Of a DNA stretch of 64,000 nt, positions 31,892 through 41,938 are shown one piece after another. Positions within the stretch are counted from its first letter, which is position 1. The number at the start of each line of letters is the position of its first letter. The notes under the pieces were generated by a model. It saw nothing but the letters and a program-made list of their open reading frames with translations. It was not told the origin of the DNA and ran no database searches. This stretch comes from Candidatus Poribacteria bacterium (GTDB lineage: Bacteria > Poribacteria > WGA-4E > WGA-3G). Made by a program: the position numbers and the translations under genes. The DNA lies in the NCBI GenBank assembly GCA_963663765.2, contig CAXXUA010000002.1:128001-192000 (forward strand), in the 5' to 3' direction.

Positions 31892-33241
31892 GTGAAACGG
31901 AAAAACCCGCCTCAGACTCCACATCCATCGCAAAATCAACATGGGAGTACACACGCACACGAAATGCGCTCCTATTCACTTAGCTTCGAACGGAGAGAAT
32001 GGCAACCTCTTCCACAAGAAACATCTCTTCTTCTTGATAAACTGCGTTTCCAATATAAAGATAAGATAATTGAAAAGCGTTCATTTGAATCTTATACCTA
32101 TGGGTATTGTGAATACAATGTGTATCCAAATGAGTATTATGAAAAAGAATTGGAAGTCTATTGCGGCGATATGGAACCTGAACAAGCAGCAAACTACCTG
32201 GAAACTGTAGGTAGGTTTAGTCTGGCACTTCTCAAACGTTTGGATACTGTGCGCGCCTATCATTACTTAAAGACATTAGGCCATTTACCTGAATCACGTG
32301 AGTATACAGAACGTGTCATCGCAGAAAATCCCGGGACACCGATTGAACTTGAAGCAAGGTATTACCTTGCTGATGTTCTGATTCCTTGGAACAAAGAATC
32401 TTACTCCGAAAAAGCACAAGCGTATCAAGAGATACTTGAAATTGAACCGAATTCAATAAATGCCTTAGGATTATTAGCGAGTGCTTTGGTGCAAGATGAC
32501 AAACCTGCTGAAGCAATTCCTTACTTAAAACGGGTAAATCGCCTGAATCCTGAGGCAGGATTTTTTACGTTAGGTGAAGCGTATGAAAAATTAGGGGATG
32601 TTAAAACTGCTTGGACATACTACAAAAAGGCATTATCATATCCGTTTCCACCACAGACAGTATTTCTCAAGTTACATATTGAGCATATTGAAGCAGGTAA
32701 TCCGATTTATAAGTCAGTGCTATCCGCGCGTGAACCTATTTCAATAGACGCACACGCGGATGAACACAGAAAGGAATCTGTTATGCCAAAAGAACATATA
32801 CATCATACCGAAATTTTACCTAATGATGGCCCTTTGGCAGAACCTGATTCCACTATTCTATCGGATATCCGTGTTGAAAACGCCGAAAAGCGTCGTGCTG
32901 CGGCGAAAGCAGCACAACAAGCTTACGATGATTTGCAAAAACATCAAGAACGCACACAAAAGGAACTTCAAAAGGAACTTAACGATTTTCTGCAATGGAC
33001 CGCAACGATTATAAATGCTGAATCTCCAATGGATACTAACAATTTCCTCATGAAAGAGATGGAAGCGCATCTTAAGGGGGGTCAAGCACAGTTTGAACCA
33101 GAACGTATTATCCGCGCATTTGAATACACTCACAGATACGGTGAAACGGATGGTCTCAAACATCTTCACCAAAAAGACACTAAACTCGCCAAAGAAATTC
33201 AACGGTTTAAAACGCCAGAAAAAAACTCTAATCCACTATAG
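31892..33241 (+). CDS. TPR-like protein (paralog 3)
   Basis: Paralog of the preceding gene; 3' region nearly identical at DNA level. Confidence 0.65.
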   Translation: MKRKNPPQTPHPSQNQHGSTHAHEMRSYSLSFERREWQPLPQETSLLLDKLRFQYKDKIIEKRSFESYTYGYCEYNVYPNEYYEKELEVYCGDMEPEQAANYLETVGRFSLALLKRLDTVRAYHYLKTLGHLPESREYTERVIAENPGTPIELEARYYLADVLIPWNKESYSEKAQAYQEILEIEPNSINALGLLASALVQDDKPAEAIPYLKRVNRLNPEAGFFTLGEAYEKLGDVKTAWTYYKKALSYPFPPQTVFLKLHIEHIEAGNPIYKSVLSAREPISIDAHADEHRKESVMPKEHIHHTEILPNDGPLAEPDSTILSDIRVENAEKRRAAAKAAQQAYDDLQKHQERTQKELQKELNDFLQWTATIINAESPMDTNNFLMKEMEAHLKGGQAQFEPERIIRAFEYTHRYGETDGLKHLHQKDTKLAKEIQRFKTPEKNSNPL

Positions 33242-33591
33242 GATTTACAATCACACAACTACACATCATAATAACATTTTTCAAACAATCAAGCTACAAG
33301 CATTTTCGAGATTTCATTGATAACAATATCTTCCGTCCTCTCGGATGGAAACCTACCAAAAAACCACCGAACTATTCCCTCATCGGCACTGCTGTTTCTG
33401 AAAATACAGAAGAATCTAAGGCATTTATAGTGGATCGACATACAAATCAGATGCGTACTGTCAAAGTAGGTGACACCATCGGAGAAGCATTAGTAAAAGT
33501 CATTGAAGCAAAACGTGTCCTATTAAACGCAACAGGAAAAGAGATTGTGGTGCATTGCGGAAAAATGCAGTTCTTGACGCGCTTTCGGTAA
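33232..33591 (+). pseudogene. Start-less ORF resembling a GspC/PilP-type small beta domain
   Basis: Open frame IDNNIFRPLGW..YSLIGT..KAFI..VKVGDTIGEALVKVIEAKRVLL with no canonical start before the domain. Confidence 0.5.
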
Positions 33592-33726
33592 TGGCAAAAC
33601 ATGCCTTAATGTATATGGAAATTAAAACCACTATTCTGTTGAAGTTCTGTAGAAGCAATCCTACAATTTAGCTGAAAAATACGACAACTGAATGACTCTG
33701 GATTTGTATTGCATATTAGCGAAGTT

Positions 33727-35328
33727 TTACTTAAAAATCGGTAATATAAAGGGCTCAATAACCTTTATGTAGATTGATATAACTGCAAAAATAGAATAGA
33801 ATCCAGCACACAACAGCAAACCTATCTGCTTCCAAATCGGCGGTTGTATCTCTTTTGGAAGGAATCTTCTATTGACAATAAACGTATGGATTGAACACAT
33901 GACTAACTGAAAACCACCAATTGTTGCCGAAACAATAATCATAAAGAGCGGTTTTGCCAAATACATAGCGATGACACCCCACACAATATAGACCGCAAGA
34001 ATAGGATAGTATATCCATTTTGCATCATGTTCGTCCATTTTTCTCGCGTTACTAAAACCTGTCCAAATTATGTCCGTAAAACGTCTTGGAACACCATCAA
34101 CCCCTCCCAGTTGTGTTGAGAACAACACCCAAAATCCACATAACAACGTCAGGTACCACAAAACTCTACCACCAACTTGTGCTAATCCAGGAGAATCGAA
34201 TGTAGATTCTAACTCTAAAGCCACTTTCTCGGAGAGTCCCTCGGCTTGGATTGCCGCCGCATCCCATTGACCAATTTTTTCACCAGAGTCAACATAAGCT
34301 ATCGTTAACATTGCAGGTAGTGCCAAACCGATAAAGCATCCTATCAGCCAGATATAATATTGCTCAAATCGGACATACTTCCACCATTCGCGGAATCGTT
34401 CCAAATTCTCAGGTGTAATGCGAAAGACTTTACCCAAATGGGATAGTTTTACATGCTGACCACCGATGATGGAAGGGATTGCCCCCACCAGACTTCCCAT
34501 ACCCCAACCCTTATCTCTTACATAATTGGAAATCGTAATGTTGCCCAAACCACCACTACCAGCATAAGCGGCAAATGCACCGAGTAATAACCAATCAAAA
34601 TCTGCGCTCATTATATCATCAGGCAGCGCACCAAAACTAAAGAAACCTTTTATCACAACCCACCATGTTTTTGGTGGCACAAGAAATAGATCTACGACGA
34701 CCAAATATCCAATAATCCACACGACCATAAAAAGTAACACTTTTTCAAGAGCGTTGTATATCTTTTTACCGAACATCACAATGGCGATACAACCAAAAAA
34801 GATCAAGTATGCGAAAATCCTTACTGTATTCTTATCCGATGCGATCTGTGCCAACACAGCAGGATCATCAGCACCACCAGCCGTAGGAATTACACTCGTC
34901 GGCATGTGTCCCAACCAAGCTGCTGCCAATGCTGTCGCAGCAGTCATCGCCCATGCTGGCCAGATACTAAAAAAGTCAACACTAGAATACAAAATCGCCC
35001 AAAACCGTGGTCCTGGCTTACAACGCATGTATCCACTCAACATCGGTTCGCCGGTATATAACGTGTAGCGGATCGCCTCAGTGTTAAGAAATGATTGAAG
35101 TACAATAGAAATCGTTGCAATCCAAAGCAGTGTACCACCATATTGTGCCGTTATCGCAGGACCTAACAACCATTCCCCACTGCCGATAGATGCTCCCAAG
35201 GCAATAATTCCAGGACCAAGTATGCCAGCAAATGCTAAACCAAACTTATATCGTGGAGGTGCAGGTAAATTTGTAACTTCCCAATCGGGTAGTGTTCCAC
35301 CATCAACACGTTCATTCGTTTCTTCCAT
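33727..35328 (-). CDS. Nramp-like (APC superfamily) transporter
   Basis: GPGIIALGASIGSGEW, RYTLYTGE, multiple TMs. Confidence 0.75.
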   Translation of the reverse strand: MEETNERVDGGTLPDWEVTNLPAPPRYKFGLAFAGILGPGIIALGASIGSGEWLLGPAITAQYGGTLLWIATISIVLQSFLNTEAIRYTLYTGEPMLSGYMRCKPGPRFWAILYSSVDFFSIWPAWAMTAATALAAAWLGHMPTSVIPTAGGADDPAVLAQIASDKNTVRIFAYLIFFGCIAIVMFGKKIYNALEKVLLFMVVWIIGYLVVVDLFLVPPKTWWVVIKGFFSFGALPDDIMSADFDWLLLGAFAAYAGSGGLGNITISNYVRDKGWGMGSLVGAIPSIIGGQHVKLSHLGKVFRITPENLERFREWWKYVRFEQYYIWLIGCFIGLALPAMLTIAYVDSGEKIGQWDAAAIQAEGLSEKVALELESTFDSPGLAQVGGRVLWYLTLLCGFWVLFSTQLGGVDGVPRRFTDIIWTGFSNARKMDEHDAKWIYYPILAVYIVWGVIAMYLAKPLFMIIVSATIGGFQLVMCSIHTFIVNRRFLPKEIQPPIWKQIGLLLCAGFYSIFAVISIYIKVIEPFILPIFK

Positions 35329-35864
35329 AGGTCACTCCTAATCATATCAAGACTATAACCCTTATTTTACTAAATAGGAAGTTATGAATCAAGAAGAATA
35401 TCTATAATCATCCATAGAAAATCAAAAAAATGAAATACTCATCACATTATACAAATATTTACTTGACAAACACATTTTATATATATGTTATAATTGTAAT
35501 TACATAACGAACATCAATGAAAAATGTCTCTAAATCTGTAAAAAATATGCAATATGAACTGCGAAAAAACCAAAACTCAAGAATGTTACACTTTCCAAAA
35601 ATTATATTTTTTAATTCTCACAAATTAGCACATAAAATACCTATAAACCCTTACTATAACTGGGTTTTAGTCCAAATATTAAGAGTTACCAAAAAAACGA
35701 AAAGAGTGTCCATTTGGAAACTTTTTAAGGTAGGGGCAACACATGAAATGCTGAGAAAAACTCAAAAATTCAACATCAATGTTTCGTAAATGCAAATATA
35801 ATGCTTTTGGCAAGGTGTTGTCTGAATCACCAAATCAATAATAATAATCATGGCAATTACCATG

Positions 35865-36015
35865 CGGGGAATGCCTACCGTTGGAGAAATATATGATTAC
35901 CCGATTAATAAATTAATCTTCAATAGGGACAATATGTTTATTCTTCTATGTCGTTCCTACGGAACTCAATTGGGGTGGAAAACATTTTCTATAAAAATAG
36001 CGTCCCTTCGGGACT
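35865..36015. repeat. Composite intergenic repeat shared with about 51697-51750 and 53600-53647
   Basis: GCCTACCGTTGGAGAAATAT..TAATAAATTAATCTTC and AGGGAC.ATATGTTTATTCTTCTATGTCGTTCCTACGGAACT recur as reverse complements. Confidence 0.7.
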
Positions 36016-36190
36016 ATAGACACATACAAGAGGGTATCACATAAAATTAACGACATAGCAAAATATTATCAAAAATATTGAAAACTAAATAATCCTGTCC
36101 TCCATATTTTCTTGATTATCTCCATAATGTATGCTATATTATGTAAGGGCAAATTACCTAACACCTTAGGTTTTAGTTAAGGAAAGATTC

Positions 36191-36952
36191 ATGGGAATCA
36201 CAAATTGGTTAAACACAAATAGTGGCGTAGTCATTGGGATTGCAACTGTTGTCCTTGTGGGCATAACAGGTTATTATGCTTATCTAACGTGGAAAATGCT
36301 AAAAGCATCTAACACACCAGAAATCGCGATCTCACTACGTCCTCATGAAGCATATATCCATTGTGTTATGCTTTGCATAGAGAACATAGGTACAGGCGCA
36401 GCTCATGATCTACAATTCACAATAAATCCTCCTTCTATAGAACATCTTGACATACCATTTGAGAAAATCGGGTTCCTCAAATGCGGAATTGCTTACTTTG
36501 AACCCGGACGGAAAATTGAACAGTTTATAGTGAGTGTGACGAATAAGTTTGATGAACTAAAACAGACACCTTTTGAGATTGGTATAACGTATAGAGATTC
36601 TGTGAAACTTAAACATCACCGTTCTTTTCATCTTGATTTCGGTCTGAACGAAGGCATGGCACACATTGACAGACCACCACTTTTTGAGATTGCCAAATCT
36701 ACGAAAGAAATGCAAAGAGATATACGTAATTTCGTAACTGGTATTTATAAACCTACAATTCTCACAGAATCAACTTCTGAGCATCCCCTAAGACAGCCTA
36801 CCAATACACTTGAGACACGTATTGAACAACTCCCGAACGAGGTTCAAAAGAAAATATTACAAGAATTTTCTAATCTTGTCACGAAGTGGGAAGAGAAAGT
36901 ACGAGGAAACGAACAGAATGAGGAAACAATAACGGTTGAAGATATATCATAA
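36191..36952 (+). CDS. Hypothetical membrane-anchored protein
   Basis: N-terminal TM and IENIGTGAA motif. Confidence 0.55.
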   Translation: MGITNWLNTNSGVVIGIATVVLVGITGYYAYLTWKMLKASNTPEIAISLRPHEAYIHCVMLCIENIGTGAAHDLQFTINPPSIEHLDIPFEKIGFLKCGIAYFEPGRKIEQFIVSVTNKFDELKQTPFEIGITYRDSVKLKHHRSFHLDFGLNEGMAHIDRPPLFEIAKSTKEMQRDIRNFVTGIYKPTILTESTSEHPLRQPTNTLETRIEQLPNEVQKKILQEFSNLVTKWEEKVRGNEQNEETITVEDIS

Positions 36953-36968
36953 ATAGGAGATTAAATAG

Positions 36969-37199
36969 ATGACAGTTAATGTTCATATCTTCCCAAATGA
37001 ACAGTTATTATTGAAAATTCCTGATGACATTGAGGTGACTTCTGTGGGTAACAATCAGATATTATCACATAAGGAATTTAAAGTCGCATTAGAGAGATTA
37101 AATGCTTTAGTGAAAAAAATTGACGGTCCTGATGCTCAACCATTATCCGATAATGCAATGAGCCGCGAGAGCATATACGAAAATTACCCAAAACTATGA
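36969..37199 (+). CDS. Putative antitoxin
   Basis: 76 aa, LSDNAMSRESIYE ending, ATGA overlap with the PIN gene. Confidence 0.7.
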   Translation: MTVNVHIFPNEQLLLKIPDDIEVTSVGNNQILSHKEFKVALERLNALVKKIDGPDAQPLSDNAMSRESIYENYPKL

Positions 37200-37639
37200 T
37201 ATTTCTGCTTGATACCAATGTTTTGTTGCGAATTACACGAAGTGCCGATCCGCTACATCAAATTGTTCATAATGCAGTGGACAAATTAGAGGAAGATGGT
37301 TATGAGTTACGGACAACATCACAAAATTACGCGGAATTCTGGAACGTGTCAACTCGTCCTGCTAACCAAAACGGTTTTGGACGCACAATACTTGAAACAG
37401 ACGATATTTTGTCTCAATTAGAGCGACTTTTCCCTTTGCTACAGGATTTACCTGAAATGTACCCCAAATGGAGACAACTTGTTGTAGATTATGAAGTATC
37501 AGGCGTTAAAGTTCATGATGTTCGATTAGTCGCATTAATGATTACTCATAATGTAACACATATCTTGACCTTCAACACTTCAGATTTTATCCGGTACGCT
37601 TCCGAAGGAATTGTGGCAATTGACCCAATAGTTGCTTAG
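37196..37639 (+). CDS. vapC: PIN-domain (VapC) toxin
   Basis: LLDTNVL, QNYAEFW, VHDVRL, LTFNTSDF. Confidence 0.88.
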   Translation: MIFLLDTNVLLRITRSADPLHQIVHNAVDKLEEDGYELRTTSQNYAEFWNVSTRPANQNGFGRTILETDDILSQLERLFPLLQDLPEMYPKWRQLVVDYEVSGVKVHDVRLVALMITHNVTHILTFNTSDFIRYASEGIVAIDPIVA

Positions 37640-37717
37640 TAAAGTAGGTAATAACATTTCTAAACGCAATAAGTAGTTTTGGACTTTCAATAAACATGAT
37701 AAAATGCTAAAATACCC

Positions 37718-37746
37718 TTGTGTAGACTGGGTTTATATGGTATAAT
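37718..37746 (+). promoter_or_regulatory. Inward promoter of the IS1595 element
   Basis: TTGTGT, 17 bp, TATAAT, with extended TG. Confidence 0.55.
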
Positions 37747-37876
37747 ATAGATAAGAAAATAGGGGGTTGTCAAACCCCCTAAATGAACACAAAAAGCGAG
37801 TTGCTTTTTGACGGTTCTTAACTTATCTGGTATTGTATCAGAAATCCGTCAGAAAAAGCAACTCCTAATCAAGGAG

Positions 37877-39334
37877 GGGTGTGTAAAGTTTTTGTCACAA
37901 GAATGTACTGAATACAGATCTTGCTTAGTATTAGGTTAAATGGTATCCTTCTAAAAAACACTTTTTTATCAGAGAGGATACCAATGTTTAGTATATCATT
38001 AGCAAGTTGTGAAGTCGAAGAGTTTAGAGAAGATGCAATCCATTTTGTAGAAAAGATCAATAATGTTTTACACACCCTTAGTTCAGACAGTCTTTATGTA
38101 GACGCTATGGAGATAATAGCCTTAGAGACGATGCGTTCGTTAGGTCAAATGATGTTAGAAATGGGTGTTCTCAAACATTCCGTTGAACAAGTTTCTGGAT
38201 CTGTTGAATGTCCACAATGTCAACAAGCGTGTCGTCCGTATCGTAAAAGAGAACGCCGTATTACGACGCTATGTGGTGTTATTCGTGTTGACCGTTGGGT
38301 GTATCGTTGTGCTTCGGGTCATTATCATTTTCCGTGGGATACGAAAGAAAAGTTGAAAGGTCAATACACACATCGTGTAGCTGAAGTGATGTGTCGTATG
38401 TCTGCGCGTCTTGACTTCAGGGAGGCAGCAGAGGAGTTGTTTCGTCAAGGGATAGAAGTCAGTCATACGACCCTCAATCAAAATGTGCGTGAATGGTCAA
38501 AAGCGTTGCGGGATTCACAACAAGTGGAAACACAAAAACTTGAGGCAAATCAGCGTTGGTATGTGAGTTGTGATGGATGCCACACCAACTCACAAGAGGG
38601 GTGGAAAGAAACCAAAGTTGGTTGTATTTATAGAGATTATCCACAACCTCCAAATAGTTCTGGTGCGACACCGAGTGCGAGAACACCAAGCATTCGTTAT
38701 GTTGCGGAGCGTGAGAATGCTGCTCATTTCGGTAAAGCGTTGTATAAGTTAGCAACGCAGAGCGGCATCTATCAAGAAGATATAGGCACGCAAGAGGTCG
38801 TGTTTATCGGAGATGGAGCGGCGTGGATATGGAACTTAGCGGCTGAATACTTCCCGAATGCTGTAGAGATTGTGGATTACATGCATGCCAAATCACATCT
38901 TTATGATGTGGCTAAAGTTGCCTTTGGTGAGACAGAAACAGAAGACGTAGAAACTTGGGTCACAGAGACAGAACCCTTTCTTTTTGATGGCAACATTCCA
39001 GAAGTTGTCTCACGTATCCGTGCTTTAGCCACACAGCACCCAGACGTTTGTGAGATTTTAGTAAGAGAAACAGGTTATTTTGAAAAACACGCGAAACGGA
39101 TGCAATATAAAACGTTTAGAGATAAGGGGTATCAGGTTGGGAGTGGTGTGATTGAGAGTGCGTGTAAACATGTTGTGGGACAAAGGTGTAAACAAGCTTC
39201 TATGAGATGGGAGAAACCGGGTATTAATGCTGTTCTAAGTTGGAGATGTCTGTTGAAGAATAATGCCTGGGACAGATATTGGTATCCAGACACAAAAGCC
39301 GCATAACACTTAGTGACAAAAACTTTACACACCC
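37877..39334 (+). mobile_element. ISKra4-family element
   Basis: 22-bp perfect TIR GGGTGTGTAAAGTTTTTGTCAC; TSD TCAAGGAG (37869-37876, 39335-39342). Confidence 0.92.
37984..39306 (+). CDS. ISKra4-family DDE transposase
   Basis: CPQC, VSCDG, WKETKVG, IGDGAAWIW, DYMHA, GSGVIESACK. Confidence 0.9.
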   Translation: MFSISLASCEVEEFREDAIHFVEKINNVLHTLSSDSLYVDAMEIIALETMRSLGQMMLEMGVLKHSVEQVSGSVECPQCQQACRPYRKRERRITTLCGVIRVDRWVYRCASGHYHFPWDTKEKLKGQYTHRVAEVMCRMSARLDFREAAEELFRQGIEVSHTTLNQNVREWSKALRDSQQVETQKLEANQRWYVSCDGCHTNSQEGWKETKVGCIYRDYPQPPNSSGATPSARTPSIRYVAERENAAHFGKALYKLATQSGIYQEDIGTQEVVFIGDGAAWIWNLAAEYFPNAVEIVDYMHAKSHLYDVAKVAFGETETEDVETWVTETEPFLFDGNIPEVVSRIRALATQHPDVCEILVRETGYFEKHAKRMQYKTFRDKGYQVGSGVIESACKHVVGQRCKQASMRWEKPGINAVLSWRCLLKNNAWDRYWYPDTKAA

Positions 39335-39349
39335 TCAAGGAGTATTCTG

Positions 39350-40228
39350 ATGGATTTGTTGAAAGTGATGGAGCGTTTCCCTGATCAAGAGTCTTGTATT
39401 GAGCATTTAGAGAGGATTCGGTGGAAAGGCAAACCGAAGTGTCCGCATTGTGAAAGTGAGGTTGTCCGAAAGCGAACAGAGGAAGAATTGGGGCGTATCG
39501 GTCGTTGGCAATGTCATGATTGCACTGCAACATTCAAGGTGACGTGCAAGACAGTGTTTCACGGGACAAAGATAGGGTTACAGAAATGGTTTCTGGCGAT
39601 TTCGTTGATTATGAATGCGAAGAAGTCGTTATCCAGTTATCAGTTATCTCGCGATTTAGAGTTGAATCAAAAGACTGCTTGGTATATCATGACACGTATA
39701 CGTGCGGAGATGGCTAAGGATCGCGTGGTGCTACAAGGTATCATTGAAGCAGATGAAACCTATATCGGTGGTAAACCTCGCAAAGCAAACAAAAAGGTAG
39801 ATAGAAAACCTGCGAAACGCGGTCGTGGAACGGAAAAAACTGCCATTCTGGGAGCAGTTGAACGCGGGGGTAAGGTTGTCGCAAGGATGGCAAAAGAACT
39901 AACGGGACGTGCTATCCTGGGCTTTATTCAGAACGTTGTGAATATGAAAGACTCTACGTTGATGACGGATGAATATAGAGCATATCTGTCGCTTGGACAC
40001 AAGATGCAACATTATATCATCAATCACCAGGAGCAATATGTTGAAGGTGACGTCCATACAAACACAATTGAGGGATTTTGGAGTCTACTTAAACGGGCGT
40101 GGTATGGAAGTCACCACCATTACCAAACAGAATACATCCCCTTGTATGTGGCAGAGGCGTGCTATAAGTATAACTATAGGAGCGTTAACAGCATTTTTGA
40201 TAAGTTTGTCAATGAAAGTATGCGATGA
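39350..40228 (+). CDS. IS1595-family transposase
   Basis: CPHC..CHDC zinc ribbon, IEADETYIGG, TDEY, HTNTIEGFW. Confidence 0.93.
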   Translation: MDLLKVMERFPDQESCIEHLERIRWKGKPKCPHCESEVVRKRTEEELGRIGRWQCHDCTATFKVTCKTVFHGTKIGLQKWFLAISLIMNAKKSLSSYQLSRDLELNQKTAWYIMTRIRAEMAKDRVVLQGIIEADETYIGGKPRKANKKVDRKPAKRGRGTEKTAILGAVERGGKVVARMAKELTGRAILGFIQNVVNMKDSTLMTDEYRAYLSLGHKMQHYIINHQEQYVEGDVHTNTIEGFWSLLKRAWYGSHHHYQTEYIPLYVAEACYKYNYRSVNSIFDKFVNESMR

Positions 40229-40238
40229 TGGATAGTAG

Positions 40239-40448
40239 AAAATCTATGGCAAAAGTATTGAAGAGAACGGATTTGACAAAGACAGTAATGATCCTTTGAA
40301 ATCTGTTTTTTATGAAAGTGAGCATTTAGAAGAACTGTGTCTTGTAAGCCATTATTTGTCAGAAACATTGTCCCACCATATTGCTAAGAACGAACTGATT
40401 CATGATGCAGAGGGTTTGGAGACATCCAGTGTGCCTGATGAGTTTTAA
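40239..40448 (+). pseudogene. Possible 3' remnant of an IS1595 passenger gene
   Basis: 69-codon open frame with no start at its 5' end, ending 11 bp before the right TIR. Confidence 0.35.
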
Positions 40449-40609
40449 GGGATTTTTGCAAGTCCAAAACTACTTATTGCGTTTCTAAATAATAATGTCT
40501 CATTGCAAAATTGGAAGAAACCCCACCCTCCCATACGCTATCGCTATGGGAACCCTTCCCTTTTGTCAGTGGGACTTTAAGAAATCCTTTATGACAGTTT
40601 CTTAAATAG

Positions 40610-40732
40610 CAGGACTTACGCACACAACGGTAGGCGTGCTTTGTAAGCGCGCCGGAAAACCATAAAAACGCTGATAATGGCGTCATTTTCATCATAATTT
40701 TTGATTAAATCAAGAAAACTACGTAAGTCCTG
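40610..40732 (+). mobile_element. MITE family A copy, empty allele
   Basis: TIRs; TSD AATAG at 40605-40609 and 40733-40737. Confidence 0.9.
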
Positions 40733-40768
40733 AATAGAAATGGTATAATATAGTAAAAAGAGGCATGC

Positions 40769-41938
40769 ATGCACATATTGCACACAGCCGATTGGCATAT
40801 CGGACAAAAACTCTATGAACGACAACGAATTGAAGAACATGAACAGTTTTTGAATTGGTTACTAAAAACAATAATACAAAAGAATGTTGAACTCCTCCTC
40901 GTTTCTGGCGACATATTTGATACATCCCTGCCATCAGCAGATGCAACAAATCTTTATTACCGTTTTCTCCATCAACTCTATTCGGAAACAGAAACGCACA
41001 CAATCATCATCGCCGGAAACCATGACTCTCCCCGACACTTAGAAGCACCACGCGAGTTTCTCAAAATGGGACGGATCCACGTCATCGGTCTTGCAAATGA
41101 ACCAGCAGAATGTATAATTAATATTCCACCGGACGATCCTCAAGTCTCTGTTGCAGCCTTACCATTTCTGTCCGAAAATGATCTCCCCCATGTTTCTTAT
41201 GAATCTGAGATAGAGAAAAGTGAACGATACCGCGAACGACTTAAGTCCTTTTATGCTGATTGTGTAGCTCTAATGCCAAAGATACTTCCAAAGATTCTGA
41301 TGGGACACCTATTTGTTCACGGTGGAAAAGAGACAAAATCTGAACGAAATATACAAATCGGAGGAGCAACTGCAATACGTGTCAGCGACTTCCCTGATGA
41401 TGTTGATTATGTTGCACTGGGACATCTACACCGACCACAAACTCTAAAAAACAAAAATTATCCAATATGCTATTCTGGTTCACCCATACCCATGAGGTTT
41501 AATGAGGCAAGTTATCGGAAAAAAGTATCGCTTCTGGAAATCACTGATGAAGGTGAGTTGTCATTAGCTGAAGATATTGAAATACCTGTTTTCAAAGAAC
41601 TGTGTACTGTAGAAGGTGATGAAAACGAGGTTAAGATGCAAGCACTATCAGAGAATTGGAACGATAAATATATCCAAGTCAAATTGACATTAAACGCTGT
41701 AGCATTAGGTATTAACGATGAAATTCGGGGTGTATTTGAGGAACGGGGTGGTGATGTCCTTAGTGTTGAGATTGAGTTGCCTCAAGCAATAAAAACACAA
41801 AAAATAAAAATAGAGGATATGAAACAACCCACAGATATTTTCCAACAATTTCACCAAGAACAATTTGGCAAAAAACCAGACGAATCTATGTTAAATACAT
41901 TTAAGGATTTAGTCCAATTAGTTGAAGAAACACCATGA
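40769..41938 (+). CDS. sbcD: Exonuclease SbcCD subunit D
   Basis: HTADWHIG, GDIFD, AGNHDS, GHLH, YSGSP. Confidence 0.95.
   Translation: MHILHTADWHIGQKLYERQRIEEHEQFLNWLLKTIIQKNVELLLVSGDIFDTSLPSADATNLYYRFLHQLYSETETHTIIIAGNHDSPRHLEAPREFLKMGRIHVIGLANEPAECIINIPPDDPQVSVAALPFLSENDLPHVSYESEIEKSERYRERLKSFYADCVALMPKILPKILMGHLFVHGGKETKSERNIQIGGATAIRVSDFPDDVDYVALGHLHRPQTLKNKNYPICYSGSPIPMRFNEASYRKKVSLLEITDEGELSLAEDIEIPVFKELCTVEGDENEVKMQALSENWNDKYIQVKLTLNAVALGINDEIRGVFEERGGDVLSVEIELPQAIKTQKIKIEDMKQPTDIFQQFHQEQFGKKPDESMLNTFKDLVQLVEETP

Larger units (their letters stand above)
37665..40481 (+). mobile_element. IS1595-family element containing a nested ISKra4
   Basis: 22-bp perfect TIR CGCAATAAGTAGTTTTGGACTT (37665-37686, 40460-40481); TSD TTTCTAAA (37657-37664, 40482-40489). 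Confidence 0.93.

Noticed and set aside
12112-33241. Near-identical repeats in paralog arrays as DGR template/variable repeats
   Set aside because: No reverse transcriptase in the window, repeats lie within paralogous coding frames, and I saw no adenine-specific mismatch pattern.
35517-35789. 90-aa ORF after a TTGACA..TATAAT pair
   Set aside because: Very AT-rich, Lys/Asn-biased, no RBS, 20-bp spacer; more likely regulatory DNA.
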